The notes under the pieces were generated by a model. It saw only the letters and a program-made list of their open reading frames with translations. It made no database searches and had not been told where the DNA came from. Position numbers and translations under genes: made by a program. 64,000 nucleotides of DNA from Lama glama. Lineage: Eukaryota. Of this stretch, positions 49,716-62,504 are shown piece by piece (the first letter of the stretch is position 1; the number at the start of each line of letters is the position of its first letter). Where the stretch lies: the NCBI GenBank assembly GCA_028534125.1, contig CM052840.1, positions 7,564,001 through 7,628,000 on the forward strand, written 5' to 3'.

Positions 49716-50849
49716 TTGAGGGAACACTAAAAAAGACTTTCCATGTTGTGAAAGGTCAAGGCACTCCTGGCTGCTGCCTCATTTATTATCCTGCCAACTC
49801 CTCCTTGACTGCTTCTCAGAAAAGCAAGAGAGAGTGTGAGGGAGACCCCTTCCCTCTCCCTAGAGGCGCCCCGTGCCCTTTTCTTACAAACTGAACCCCC
49901 AGACTCCAGGGAGTAGGCAATCTCCCCTTCTGTCCTCTGGTCAGCGTGTCCCGTGGAAGCCTTCTTGGCTCTGGGCCACCCCCGAGGAAGCCCCTCATCC
50001 TCTGCTCTGCTCTGCAGAGCAAGCCAGAGTTAAAACTGGGAGACTCAGCTTTAATTGAAAATCCCCAATCAGGGTGATACAAAGAGATTCTCTTTTTAAT
50101 GTAAACCTCCGCATGCAAATACTTGAGCGGATGTGTGGTCCTCTTATCTCATGCTTTTCTTTCCTGTCTGAAGCCAACTCCTCTTGTGAGACCTTGGGGT
50201 CCCAGTAAAGTGTCCTCTTTACAATCGTACATTACGCATTTGTGCAAAGGGACTCCTCAGTGGGTTGGTAAGTGCCCTTAAAACAATTTCATAAATATTT
50301 CAAGCAGGATTTTCTTTTCGATTCCATCTTTTAGAAACTTCTGCTGCTATCTGGGTAGCCGGTTTTTCAAGGATATACTTCCTTTTAGTGGAAATCACAG
50401 TCTCAGAGAAGTACCCCTACCTCCAAAGTACCTTCTAAACAGTGTGGTTGACCCAGGAACCCGAATTAACTCACTCTGTGTTCTAATGATGGAGAAGATC
50501 CCGGGAACCAAATGGCTCTAGGGAAGCCGTTTTCTTGTAGGATGTGGCTCCTGGGAGCCTTTAGTTAATCTGGGAGGTGGCTGGGGATCGAAAGCACACA
50601 GGGGAAGGAACTTCTCAGGGTTGTTTTGTCAGAGGGGCGAGGAAGTAAGTTTATCAGGACTCAAGTCTTTATCAGAATGAATCTTCCGCAAGCAGGAGGC
50701 CCTGACCTTGGGGCTGGAGAGCTTTCCCGAAGGGGCAGGAAGGCCCAGGGACAAGTGACACAGGGGACCTAGCACCTGCAAGAGACCTGCTTTCACTTTC
50801 CCCGAGGCTCCCAAAGGCCCTGCCCTCAAGGACTTAGCAAGGACGGCAG

Positions 50850-51290
50850 GATATGCCAACAAAGGCCAAGGAGAATAAAACCCGAAGTCTGGCCTTCAAG
50901 GCAGGATTACGTCAGCTGCCTCCCATTGGGCCTCTAACCTCCTTTTCCCCTGTCTTCTTCTAGTTCACAACCCTCAGCCAGAGAGGGTTTTCTAAGCTTG
51001 CCTTCTGGCCACACCCTCCTTGTCCCCACCCTACTCCTGACTCCTTCCTTTCTCACTAACTCCTCTCCATCCTTCAGGTCTCAAATCAGGAATCACGTTG
51101 TTCCAGAAGCTTTGATGAACACCCCGCCCCTCTCCTGCTGTCTGCGGTCACCCCGTGTGTGCAGTACCGCAACGGCCCGTTACATTCTGCCTCCCCACCT
51201 AGACAACAGGCCTCTGGAAGGTGGGGCTTTGTTTTGTTGAGGATATACTCCTAGCACCTAGCACCCCAAATTCAATGGTTGATAAAAAAT
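50850..51290 (+). mobile_element. L2 3' fragment
   Basis: ctaactcctctccatccttcaggtctcaa...ctgcctccccacctagac...ctcctagcacctagcac. Confidence 0.65.
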
Positions 51291-54200
51291 CCAACAGCTG
51301 CAGTCAAATCTCTAATTCAGGGAAGAGTGGTCACTGCACCACAGAGCAGGAATCCTGATGCTAAGGAAGGAGCCCAGAAGGCTTATGCAGCCCCTGGACC
51401 AGCACTTTGGAGAATCACTGCTGTCCTTTGGCCCTTCAAAGCCAAGTCAGAGGAGGGCATGTGGGGACAGGAGGAAGTCCCTTTCCGTGGGCTACAGAAG
51501 CTTAGCAGCCCGCTTCTTGTCGGTGTGAGTTTGGGGCCTGAGTATTGTTTTAGATGTTAAACAGTCAATAATATATTTCTTTTAAAAACTAGGTTGGCTT
51601 CTAATGTATTGTGCCCAGCCAATTCCATGGGGCAAAGATCTTGTCACAGTCCTAGAGTCTGAGAACCCCCACCGCCCATCTGGCCTCTGGGTTCTGTCTA
51701 GCTCCCTGGCCGGCCATTCGTGGCCTCTGCCTTGAGGCGATTTGAAACAATACCTTGGCGGGGAGATACCACCCATAATCTGATTTTTCCCAGCCAGCAT
51801 CTTCACAATAAGCATGAGTGTCTCCTTTGTCTACTGGAGAGTGCGGAACAGAAGGTGCTGGGAGAGGCCCGGGGATCCGGATTATAGTTTGGCTCAATCT
51901 TATCTCCTGCTCCATCTCCTGTCTCTTTGCTTCTGCTGCCACTGACTTTTATCTAAGACTAGAGAACTCTGCTTTTTCAACCCTGAAAGACGCTTAGTCA
52001 ATCCATTTAGGTCTCAGAGCACAGACAGACAGACAGAAAGCACTTCTCTTGGCAAAGCTGTCTTTCCCCCCACCTGTTTTCAGATAGCTCACCCTAATCT
52101 GAGCTGGTCTCATTCACGTGTAACCAGCCTGAAGGCTGTAAGACATAAAGACGCCAATATTCCAAATTTCTCTTAGTCTTTGTAAGCACATGGCTGATGT
52201 CCTGAGGTTTAGCAGGTGACAATTTGCATCCTTTACCATCATATAACAAGAGTCACCAGCTTCCCCACTAGGGGTGCCAGGTCTTCCACACTCTCCACTC
52301 TCCCTCCTCCTCTTAGCTTAGCTGCAGACGCTGTTTCTTGCATCACTCCAGTCCTGGTACAAATTCTGTATCATTTGTATGATTTTGGATTAGGGTAACA
52401 CATGACCATACAGAGGAGGATAGATTCGATTCCCAGAACTCTACTAATTCTGTGTTGTTTAGTTAGAAAGGAGGAGGAGAAAAGGGGATGGATGCTGGGG
52501 AGGCAACCAGTCATATTCTGTACTGTTTTATTTAACATTCAAATTTCATGTTCAACAAGCACTGATTGATCATCTACTCCATTCCGGGTACTGGAGGGAC
52601 AGGAAGAACAAAAAGGCAAGTTCCATCTCCTGAAACCCCTACAAACCCGTGGGGATGCAGACACTGATGCCCAGTGTGAGAATGACATAAGAGACGCATG
52701 GAGAGTGCTGGAGGGGGCCCAGGGTCGGGGCTGCAGACACAAAGCCGGGTCCCAGAAGAGATGGCTCCTCTGTTTACTGAAGGTGCATCCCATTTCATTT
52801 ATCTGACTGATTCACTGCTGTATTCCTGATGTCCGTCAGAGTGCCTGCATAGCAGGCACTCAATAAATATTTGTTGAATGAGTGGTAGTGACACCCGAGA
52901 TGATTCTTCAAAGATGAGTGACAACTAGAAAGCTAGTGGTGTGGTTTGACAGCAGACAGAGTGGGCAATGACAGCTTCGAAATGTCTTGGGCATGAGAGA
53001 TGATCGCTATTCCCTCACGGTGGGAGCACTGAAATAAGATTTGAAAATGTGGGAGGTAAGTAGATGTAGTACCTGTGCTCCCCTGTAGGAGGGGGCTGAG
53101 AGGCAGAAGGCAACCCAGCCGAAGCCTGGAAGACAAAGCTTGACTGGGGATGTGGAGAAGGAAGTGCTGGTCTGACTCTAACTGTCCTGGAGGAGTTTCA
53201 GGAGCTGGACATGGGAAAGGAAAGGGGCACCTCTACAGGGAGCAGTAAGGAGCCTTTTGCAAAAAGGAATTTTCTTTCCCCCCATTTAATTTTACAGTCT
53301 CAGTGTGACCAGCATCCTATTACAAGGACTATGGGATCAGGGTTGCAAGTCCAGCTTTCAACAGGCTGGCCTTCCCTTTTGGGGAGTTTGCCTTCACCCA
53401 AAAGGGGAGGCCATCAGGTGATTGGTGTCATTGTATCATCCCATCCTGCAGATAAAGCTGGAAAAAACATCAGCATCCCTTTCTATCCACCTGCAATTCC
53501 TTTTCAGGCAACTTTAAAGAACAGCTTATTAAAACCACAAAGGACAGTCATCAAAGGGGGTAGAGTCTACAGTGTACATTTTAAATAAAGCATACGACAT
53601 CTCAGACTGCCATCAATCACTTCTTTGCGATTCTTGTTTTCGCCATAAAGATGAGAAAGCTAGTCTCTCAAACAATCATGAATCTTCGACTTGGACCCCT
53701 GCAAGGGCAACCTTCCTACTGCTCAGAATCGAAGCCCTCTTGCAGCAGCCTGAAATTGTTGACCACGTCATCGGTAAGAGGAGTGATTTTTGATACTGCC
53801 TACCTTCAGCTTGCCGATGGGGTGATTCCGGCTCCCCTTCCTCTGTGAAATTCTCATTTTAGGGAAGAAGGTGAAAGAAAGAAGAGAAAACTTGCAAGTG
53901 TCCAGTCTCTCATTTATTTAAAACTTTAAAAATCTCCCTTTTTTTCTAATTGAGTACATTTCTCAACCTCATGTTTTCACACCTTTCTGAGCAGGGTATC
54001 ATCAGATAATCATTAATGGATACAATTATTTTTCAGTTAACCAGAAACTATTATAAGGACTGAGAATCACAGATGGTTCCATGTATATTCCTCTATTGGA
54101 AACTGTACTAACACTGTCTCTTTTAAACAAAGAATCATATACCCGGGAGCTTTAGAACATTGTCTAAATAGGATTTTAGTGGATTAGTCAATAAAAAATA

Positions 54201-54701
54201 AACTATATATATAGTTACAGTTATTTGTAATTATGCTTAGTTACATAGGGCATGAAGACTGATTTCACTACAGCTAGTGGCTGGTCTTTGTGCCCATGGA
54301 ACCAGAGCAAAGGAATCATAACCTGAGTCCTGGGAGCTGAGGTCAGGATTTAAAAGAAATGCCCAAGGTTATAGCCTTTTGTGTGAGCTGGCGTTTCCTG
54401 TGTAGTTAAGCCATCTGGTTGTTCTAATATTGCTTAATACGACATCAAAAGACAAATTCTGCTCTCCTTTTTCCTTATATCTCCACATTTATCATAGACT
54501 TTCTATTAAGAGTAAAACAAGAATGAAAGGCAGTCTCTGTTTCACACACATGCGCGCACACACACACAAAATCAGAATAACATGGAGACCAGACTAGGAA
54601 CAGAAATTAAGTTGCTTCACTGGAAAGAGGCTGTATGTCTGACTTCTGTTATCTTTCTTGGTTAGTTTCAAGTAATTTAAAGGCTCCACTGTTTTGTATC
54701 A

Positions 54702-54890
54702 AGAATTCCCAAACCGGACTGCTCATCATCATCACTGAGGTATTTGTTAAAAATGCAGATTATCAGTCTCCACCTGAAACCTGTTGATTTTAGAAGACTA
54801 AGGGGCAAGCCCTGGGCAGCAGTATTTCTGTCTCTGCAGACAAGGTGAATGCAGCCGGGTCAGTGCTCATCAGAGGGCCAGCTCTGGGGA
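54702..54890. mobile_element. MER5 MITE
   Basis: ttcccaaac...catcactgaggtatttgttaaaaatgcagatt...ccctgggcagcagtattt. Confidence 0.65.
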
Positions 54891-55429
54891 AACCCTTTTC
54901 TTCATGAAATGAATAAACCTGTAGATTAAATTTCTGATTTTCCTTTTTTTTTTTTTTCAGTAGCTGTAGAATGAAATTCCGTAGTTTGGGGACAGAAATT
55001 TGAGGCTGTTGACCTCAGCCTCAAAAGGGCCCAAACAAGGCAGGTATGTCTGGATGTAACAGGTTACATTTCCAGAGTGAGAAACAACCAGACAGGACTG
55101 GGTGCCCCTGACCTGACATGACCTTCCTTAACCTCAATGGAAACAGAGTCTCCCTCAGCCCCAGGGAGGGCTAAGCTCAGCAGGCAAGGTGTTTTATCTC
55201 TTTGGGGTCCTAAGAACACTTGTCTCTCCATCATTCAGCCTCTACCACCTCACATTTCCTGAATTCTGTACCTTTGCTTGCGTCCTGCCTGAGAGCTGAG
55301 GCTGAAACTTCCAGGGGCCATTACCTGTTGGGACTGTGATCGTCCACAGAGTTCCACGGCGCCCGAGTAAAGCGGGACAGCATAAAATGAAGAGCAAAAT
55401 CCTTCTCATGCTTCACAGCTCTAGTTCTT

Positions 55430-58400
55430 CTCATTTCTATTGACTTTTACTGGTTTCCTCCATAATTCTGATTAAGGTGCTCACACTTCAATGTTTTGAT
55501 TCTCAACTTTTGACAATATTTAATAACCCTAGTCCCATTTACCCTCTTCTACTCCCTTTGTTTTCTAATACTGTGTCTCATTTTCTTATTTATCCTATTG
55601 ATTTTGTTTATACATTTTAATAATATGATGAAAACTTTATTTATTGATATATTAATTTTAGACAACATTTCTTGACACTTAGGAAGTTGTTAAAAAACTC
55701 CAGTTCCCTCTCCTTCTTCCCCGCCCCAACACTCATAACTATCTCAGTAAGATTTCTTTCGCTTTGTTAAGGCTTATTACATGGACATTATGATGTATAA
55801 GTATATTTTAATATTCTGGGGTTTATTCAAAGTTGAATCCAATAGCCAAAAAGCAAGCAGCACTTACCTACTTTAGAGTTCATGCTGGGCCATGATTTTC
55901 TTGTATAACTTTTAGAGTTTTTAATTACCTTTTATCTTTCCTTTTGATAAAAGAAATATGCTTTTTCACTCTCTTTAGAGATATTTGTTTCTTAGGTTGT
56001 TACATATCCAAGTAATTTTTAGAATTCAATATAATCCAGAAATATGTGGAGGCAGGGTCCCTCCATCACCAAGGCTGAGGGGGTAACACATGTCCTTCTC
56101 CAGAATCCTAACAGCTACCAATGGCATGAGACAGAAACTAGGTCATTTAGATGAACTTGGTTTGAATCTTGCGGAGTGATACATCAGGGACTGGCTGATC
56201 ATTCGTGGCAGGTCCTGCCCACACTCAAAGGGTGGGGATTACCCAGGGGTATGGATTCCAGGAGACAAAGAGAAATGTCTTAAAGCCTACCTACCACAAC
56301 AAGGCTGATAAGATTTTTCTCTCTGGAAACTTTTAGTCTCTGTGATCACTGATGTTCTGATATTCCGTGAGGATTTGTCTAGATGTGTGTCTTTTTCCAT
56401 TAATCATGCATGTACTAGTTGTTTCCTTATTATACTTGGGCCTTAGAAAGTTTTCTTCTATTATTTCTTTGATTAACTTTGCTCTTCCATTTTGTCGTTT
56501 TTCTCTTCCTGGATAGATTCCTTATGTAACTTACCCGTATTATTAGCTATCCCTCCGCCCCCGACTTGATCTTGATGGATTGAAAGAGGTGAGTTAAAGT
56601 CTTCTATATTATGATGTTTCTTTATATTCCTGAATTTCTGCTTTCTTAATAATACTATTTTATTTCTGCATTATGTATTTCACCCTTTAGCATTCTAAAT
56701 TATTATTCTTTATTTTTATTCAACTAATTTTGGCCTTAATGTCACCTTGTCTGATCATCCACTCCTTTCTTGTTTATTTATACTTGCTGAATATGTCTCT
56801 TCATAAAGTTGAGTTTTGCTCTATAATCCTGTACGAATTTTTTTTCTTTAGAATGATAAATTAAGCACACATATTTTTAGTATGAGAAATATGTTTCGTT
56901 TTAGTTTGGCCATATTATTTTAACTTTTACATATATATACACACACACATTATGTGATTTCTTCTATTTGCTTTTTGTATATTATTCCTTTGATATTTAG
57001 GAAGATTTGTATTATACTGTAGCAGTTGCCTTTTATGAGTAAAATTTTGGGTAATACCTTTGGTCCTCTATTTTTTAATTCCTTATGAGCAATGACAAAG
57101 TTAATATATTTCCTCTTCTTCTCTATCCTCCTTTCTCCACTATTACCTGATATGAGTCAACAACATTATATTTTTTAATATTTATCTTTGTCCTATTAAA
57201 TGATGTGTTTTGACTCCCAGCTGTTGTAGAAACTTTAACTTGCCTCTTTCAATCAGTGAAATTAGTTTGCTAATTTTTCTTTCTTCCCTCTCCTACTTTT
57301 ATTAGTCTGATCATTTGTACAATGGCCAGACCAATAATATTTACATTTTGGTTTGTCACTGTAATTTCCGCCTTTGATTGTGTCTTAATTTTGCCACCTT
57401 AATTACATAGATAATTCTATTTAATTCTCACAGGGTATTATTTTTCCGTACTATCCTTAGTTATCACTTGCTTGGCCAAAGTTCACATCTAGTAGTTTCC
57501 TTAAGAATTGCTCATTGTAACAACACTTCTTGAGTGCTTTACATGCTCAAAATTGCCTTCCTGTAACTAACAGAGTTAGTTTACTTAGATATAAAACCTT
57601 TGAGTCACAGTTTCTTCTCTTGACTATTGTATAATGTTCATTATTTTCTGGCACTAATTTTTTTTTTCAATTTAACTTTCTGTTTTATTTCAATGGGCAC
57701 ACTTTATTCATTGTCTGTAGAAAAACTAGGCTAGGTCTCAGTGGGCAGCGGTCACAGTTATTAAGCAAGTAAATTTGCCACCACTTTCATGCCTGCCTCT
57801 GTTTCTTTCTTTCTGTCTTCAGTCTCATCTGGCATTGAAATATGGAGCCATTCTTACTTGTACCCCACTTAAAAGTGACATTTTTTTATTTCACTCACTA
57901 AAGGAGTCTAATTTTTGAAGTCTGAAACTTTACTACAATGACTCAGTGTTGACTGCTTTTGGTCATTTTTTTCTGGTTGCCATTTGTGCCCTTTTGTATA
58001 TAGATCCAAGTTTTTCTTTATTTCAGGAAAGTTTTAGTCATATTATAGCTTTAGATATTTGTCTGTTCTTTGTTTTTGGTTTTCTTCTTTGGGTCGGCAA
58101 TTTTGCTGGATTTCCTTTGTATTGCTCCTGTATGTATCATTTTTTTCTTTATTTCCTCTTGACCGTTTATTTCCATTTTATTTTGTACATATTTCTTATA
58201 ATAGCCTCTTTGTCCTTTATTTTTTCATAATCTAGATAATTTCTGATGCTTCATCCAATTTCATTTTTATTTCTATAATGGTTTGGCTTTATTTTGTGTT
58301 TTTTCTTCTACTATGTTAACCACACGCAATAGCCAATGTTTGAGCATGTTCTGATGTACCAAAATTTCATATGGTTCAACCTAATATTTTTCTCATGGAT

Positions 58401-58690
58401 CAGCTAGCTTATATTTTATCCATTCCTGTTGCCCTAGTACTTTTTATCCCTGAGTGTTCACACTTTTACTTTGTAATCTTGCTTCATAAGGGCAATTGCT
58501 TCAATTCATTACTTTCAATTCCCTGAAAAATATTTATTCATAATTGTCACCTCTTTCACAGCAATAATTTTTTAGTAAATATTCTTTATTTCTTATCAAG
58601 TTTTACTACTCTTATTCTCAGATATCTTTGCTTTAATGCTTTGTTAAGTTCCCATTTAATTTTTGTCTTTTAATGAAGTTGCATTTTGGG
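55430..58690 (-). mobile_element. Very old L1M/HAL1 remnants with nested LTR pieces (about 56045-56298) and a retro-insertion
   Basis: T-rich; ORF1-region motifs tttatttcaggaaagtttt and gaaagttttcttctattatttctttgat; MLT1 end ggtcctgcccacactcaaagggtggggatta...cctaccaca at about 56205-56298. Confidence 0.6.
57658..57827 (-). pseudogene. Short 5'-truncated retroposed RNA 3' end (orphan retrocopy), source unidentified
   Basis: Minus-strand poly(A) (T10 at 57658-57667), two AATAAA (tttatt at 57684-57689 and 57703-57708), TSD tctggcactaa (57647-57657) / tctggcattga (57828-57838). Confidence 0.65.
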
Positions 58691-59194
58691 CAACTCAAAG
58701 GGGACAGTAGGTCTCTGTGGGCGGAGTGGGGTGGGGTGTGTGTAGGCAAGTCACCAAGACCAGCTGTTTTTCACAACCCAGTGTCTTCCCTGCTGCCACA
58801 GAGACAGATTCCTCCCTGAAAGTACGACTTGCTTGTGTCATATTCTGCTATAAAAGAAGGCACCAAAGTGGTGGCATACCTACTTGCATTTTTTCTGGCC
58901 CACCTCCTCTGCCCCTCTGACCCAACCAGATACAGAAGAACTTCTGCCACCAGACCTACTTACCTTAGAACCCGCACTAATGGTTGGGAATTACAGATGT
59001 ATTTACATTTCAGTGGGCACTCCTGGCTTTCTCTGAGTATACGTTTGTCGGTACTTTCTAAGATATGCCACTTCTGAGCCCTCTCCTCATTCTCTGTATT
59101 TCTTTTCTTCGTTTCTGCCTTCTGCTTGATTTAATCCGCTTTGACCACACATTACACACTCTTTGCAATGTGCATATTCTGTCTGTTGTGGAGG

Positions 59195-59460
59195 GTAGTG
59201 ACAGCGTATAACATGAACTCTCGGATCAAACTGCCTTAGTTCTAATCTTAGTTCTCAACTTGTTGTCTCTGCGACTTTATGCAGGTTACTTATTTCTTGT
59301 GCCTCAATAACTTCATCGGAAAAAAACCAGGTATGGTAGCTACGCTTACAGCTAGTGTGGAGCTAACTGCGTTAGTGTGTGCCAAGTTTTTAAAACAGTA
59401 CTTGGTGCATAATCTTTGCTATACAATTATTAGCTATTATTATTGTTGTTGTTATTTTCA
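59195..59460 (+). mobile_element. MIR SINE
   Basis: tcaaactgccttagttctaatctt...gcaggttactt..ttcttgtgcctca...aacagtacttggtgcata..tagctattattatt. Confidence 0.8.
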
Positions 59461-61120
59461 CCAAAAATGTCACTTGCTAGACTTAAAAAATTTTGTCTTT
59501 GTGCTTTTGGCTGAATTCTAGGAAGAAGAAGAAAGCGCTGACTTAGCTATCTGAACACCAGTAAAGTACCCTTCCTTTTTCGCTGCTTATTTTCCCGACT
59601 GTCTATTGATCCTTGGTTGTCCATTCATATTTAAGAATGAAAGATTCAGTTGATTAATATAAATGGCTCCTCTGGGGTTTCTTCCACCATCTCTGGCCTT
59701 TCTCTGTCCTGAGAATCCTGACTACCTGTCTGGGCAGGTGTGCAGGGCATGACACAGTGTGGACTTCCCTTCAGGGTGTATTCTGAGCTGTGGAAGTCTA
59801 GGTTCAAATCATTTCTCTCGGAAATTTGAATCCATTCTCTAACCAATGCCAAAACAAGGAGAGCCCTATTCTTGGGCATCGGCTTCCACTCTGGGAACTC
59901 TAAGCCCTTCTAGGCAGATGGGCTTGATTTCTTTGGAGACTGTTTCCTGTATTCCACCATTCAGCCTGGAGATAAACGTTGCTGCTGCTGGTGGGGGTGG
60001 AGGCGGCCAACAGTGCAGCCATTCACAGGCCGTTTGCCAATCAGCCAGCATGAGCAGGACTGCCTGCAGGCCCCGGTGAGTGGGAGGGCGGGGCCGTCCA
60101 CCTGCAGACTTCCCTTGCGAGAGGGGGTGGAGGGCAAGGGGGTGCAGAGAAGAGTCTCTCACTGTCAGCAGGGGTCGGGGGAGATGGGAGTGGGAGGAGC
60201 AGTGGGATCAGAGAGATTGCTCAGTTCATGGCAAGGAGAGAAAGGGCCATGGCTGGGGAGCTGAGATTCTCATTTAGGTCAAAATTGTGAATCAAGATTG
60301 AGGACCGGGCAGGCAGGCCGTGAGAAGTATGGACAATTGGAAGGAAGTTGAAAGCAGTATGTGCGGGGGTTTGCAAAAATGGCCATAAATGTTATAAATT
60401 TCATAAAAGGTTTAGAAGCTCATTTTGTATTTTTATGAGGAACTGACTGTCTCTGATGTGGGGAGGTATCAGAAGCAGATCTGGTTGCTTAAAACAGCCA
60501 GAGACAGTGCCCTTGTATATTTACTTATCTTCCTATGTGGAGAAGACCTTCTTTCTCATCCTCTGGAATCAAGTTGGGTCACAAATGTTTCTCTATACAT
60601 GTTGGTTGAATGAGGGAGGTTGTTAAATGTCTAAAATGTCCCTTTATTAATGGATCCAAATATACATTCTCACCTTGCATTTGGTTGAGATCTTCCAGGT
60701 AAGTGAGAAGCCAACAGAATAAGATAAGAATTAGGGCTCCAAAGAATTCTAGTTGCCACTCCTGGTTCACAAGAGGTAAACTCTGGGAAGTGCGTGGTTT
60801 CTACTGATTTGTTTAAAATCAGCCTGGATCCCAGTAATGCTATTTGATCAGAAAGATTAGTCCATCATCTGTTTTTATCATTGTTGACATTTGTAAGAAG
60901 GGAAAAATATAACAAAGTCAGGCAAGACATTTGAGATTTAGAAATCGGTCACTCGTTCTCTCTCTGAGCCTTTTCTCTCTTTATTCCAATGAATCAGTAA
61001 GGTACAGGAAGAGAGGGTACATTGTCTCCAAATTCCCCTATCGAATGCTTACATGCTTTTAATAAATAAACACATTTATGTGAGAAGTAACTGGTACGTT
61101 TTAGAGTCCTTTTTTTCCTT

Positions 61121-61345
61121 CAGTGTTTTCCAAAATACTCTCTGGAATACAAGTTCCATGAAATGCCTTGTAGAATGTTAGGTTGTGTCGACTAATCAAT
61201 TGGGGAGATACTGCCGTATTTATTTCCCTCTTCAAAAGTTCTAAGCACATTAATATGTTAAAGAATCACGGAAGTTCTACAATATAGAAGTCTATTTAAC
61301 TTGAGTAAGTAGGAGTTTCCCACTCATGGGCTTCTTTTTTCCTAT
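61121..61345 (+). mobile_element. MER112-like hAT-Charlie element
   Basis: cagtgttttccaaa...gcacattaatatgttaaag...gaagttctacaatatagaagtctatttaactt. Confidence 0.65.
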
Positions 61346-61811
61346 AGCATTCCTAGCATCCTGTGGATTGTGCATGGGGAAGGCTTTTTACTCTAGAGCC
61401 CACGACTGTGGTCCAAGCACCGCTTTGGATGGTGCTGAGGACCACAGCTGGTCTCTGTGGGCCAGGATCCCTGGGCTCTCCACCTCATTCTAAGAGACGT
61501 TTCCTGATGCCCCTGAAGACGCCTTGCTCCAGAACATTCTGTCTCCTGAGTGCTCAGCCCAGTGGCTTTTTACCATGGAACCAATATGCCTGTAACCGAT
61601 ACCCTTCCCCCTTGGTAGTCTTAAGGTGGTAGACAGTCTCCTTCAGAATGTTAATAAAGTGTCTCATGAACTTAAGCAGGCGTTTATTACAAAATATTTT
61701 AATATAATTTCCAAAAATTTCAGTTTCTAGAATATAATGAAGGATGTATTTAAACAGCACTTATATAATTTCTCTCTTCATGCTTCTATAGCTCGTAATT
61801 TGTGTTTCTCT

Positions 61812-61961
61812 CTTTTTTTTAATGTGTTCCAAGTTTTACTTTTTGGTGGGGAGAGGTAATTAGGTTTATTTATTTATTCTTAGAGGAGGTACTGGGGATT
61901 GAACCCAGGACCTTGTGCACACTAAGCCTGTGCTCTACTACTTGAGCTATATCCTCCCCCT
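61812..61961 (-). mobile_element. Vic-1-type SINE, copy 4, inserted in an L2
   Basis: Full head and tail; TSD taatttgtgtttctct (61796-61811) / taatttgtatttctct (61962-61977). Confidence 0.93.
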
Positions 61962-62504
61962 TAATTTGTATTTCTCTTGGAGCACTTAACACATTCTGTA
62001 TTTTATTACTGACAGTAGGGTATACATTGTTTCTTATCTATTAGATGATAAATTACTTAAGAGCAAGGACTATGACTTTTCACCTTTTTCCTTGGATAAG
62101 ATTTCACACTGGGTTGACACAATAGGGGTTTAATAAATGTTTGTTATATGTGTGGCTAATATTTATAACATCCCTTTGAAAAAGACTTGGGAAAGTTTCT
62201 TTCATGTATTTAACTTATGGGAAAATTGAGGCAAATTAAAAAGATTCAGTCATTTTCCCAAGATAAACTAATTATGGCAGAAATAAGAGTAAAACCTATG
62301 CACTGTGAACCAGAGGGCTGAAAAGAAAGTTTAAGAAGTCATATCCTGATTACAAATTCTCTTTCCCTTGCTTGTTACAGGAGTGTGGGAATCTAGCTAA
62401 TAAAGGCTACAGGTGATAAGTGAGGCTGGCGGGTTAGCAGGATGGCAAAATGAATAAAGCACTGGATTTAGAAGCTTGGGTCCTGGTGCCGGCTCTGTCC
62501 TTAA

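Noticed and set aside
35145-52280. Several CTCF-like motifs (about 35150, 47300, 49860, 52265)
   Set aside because: Each has core mismatches and cannot be supported without a PWM scan or ChIP data.
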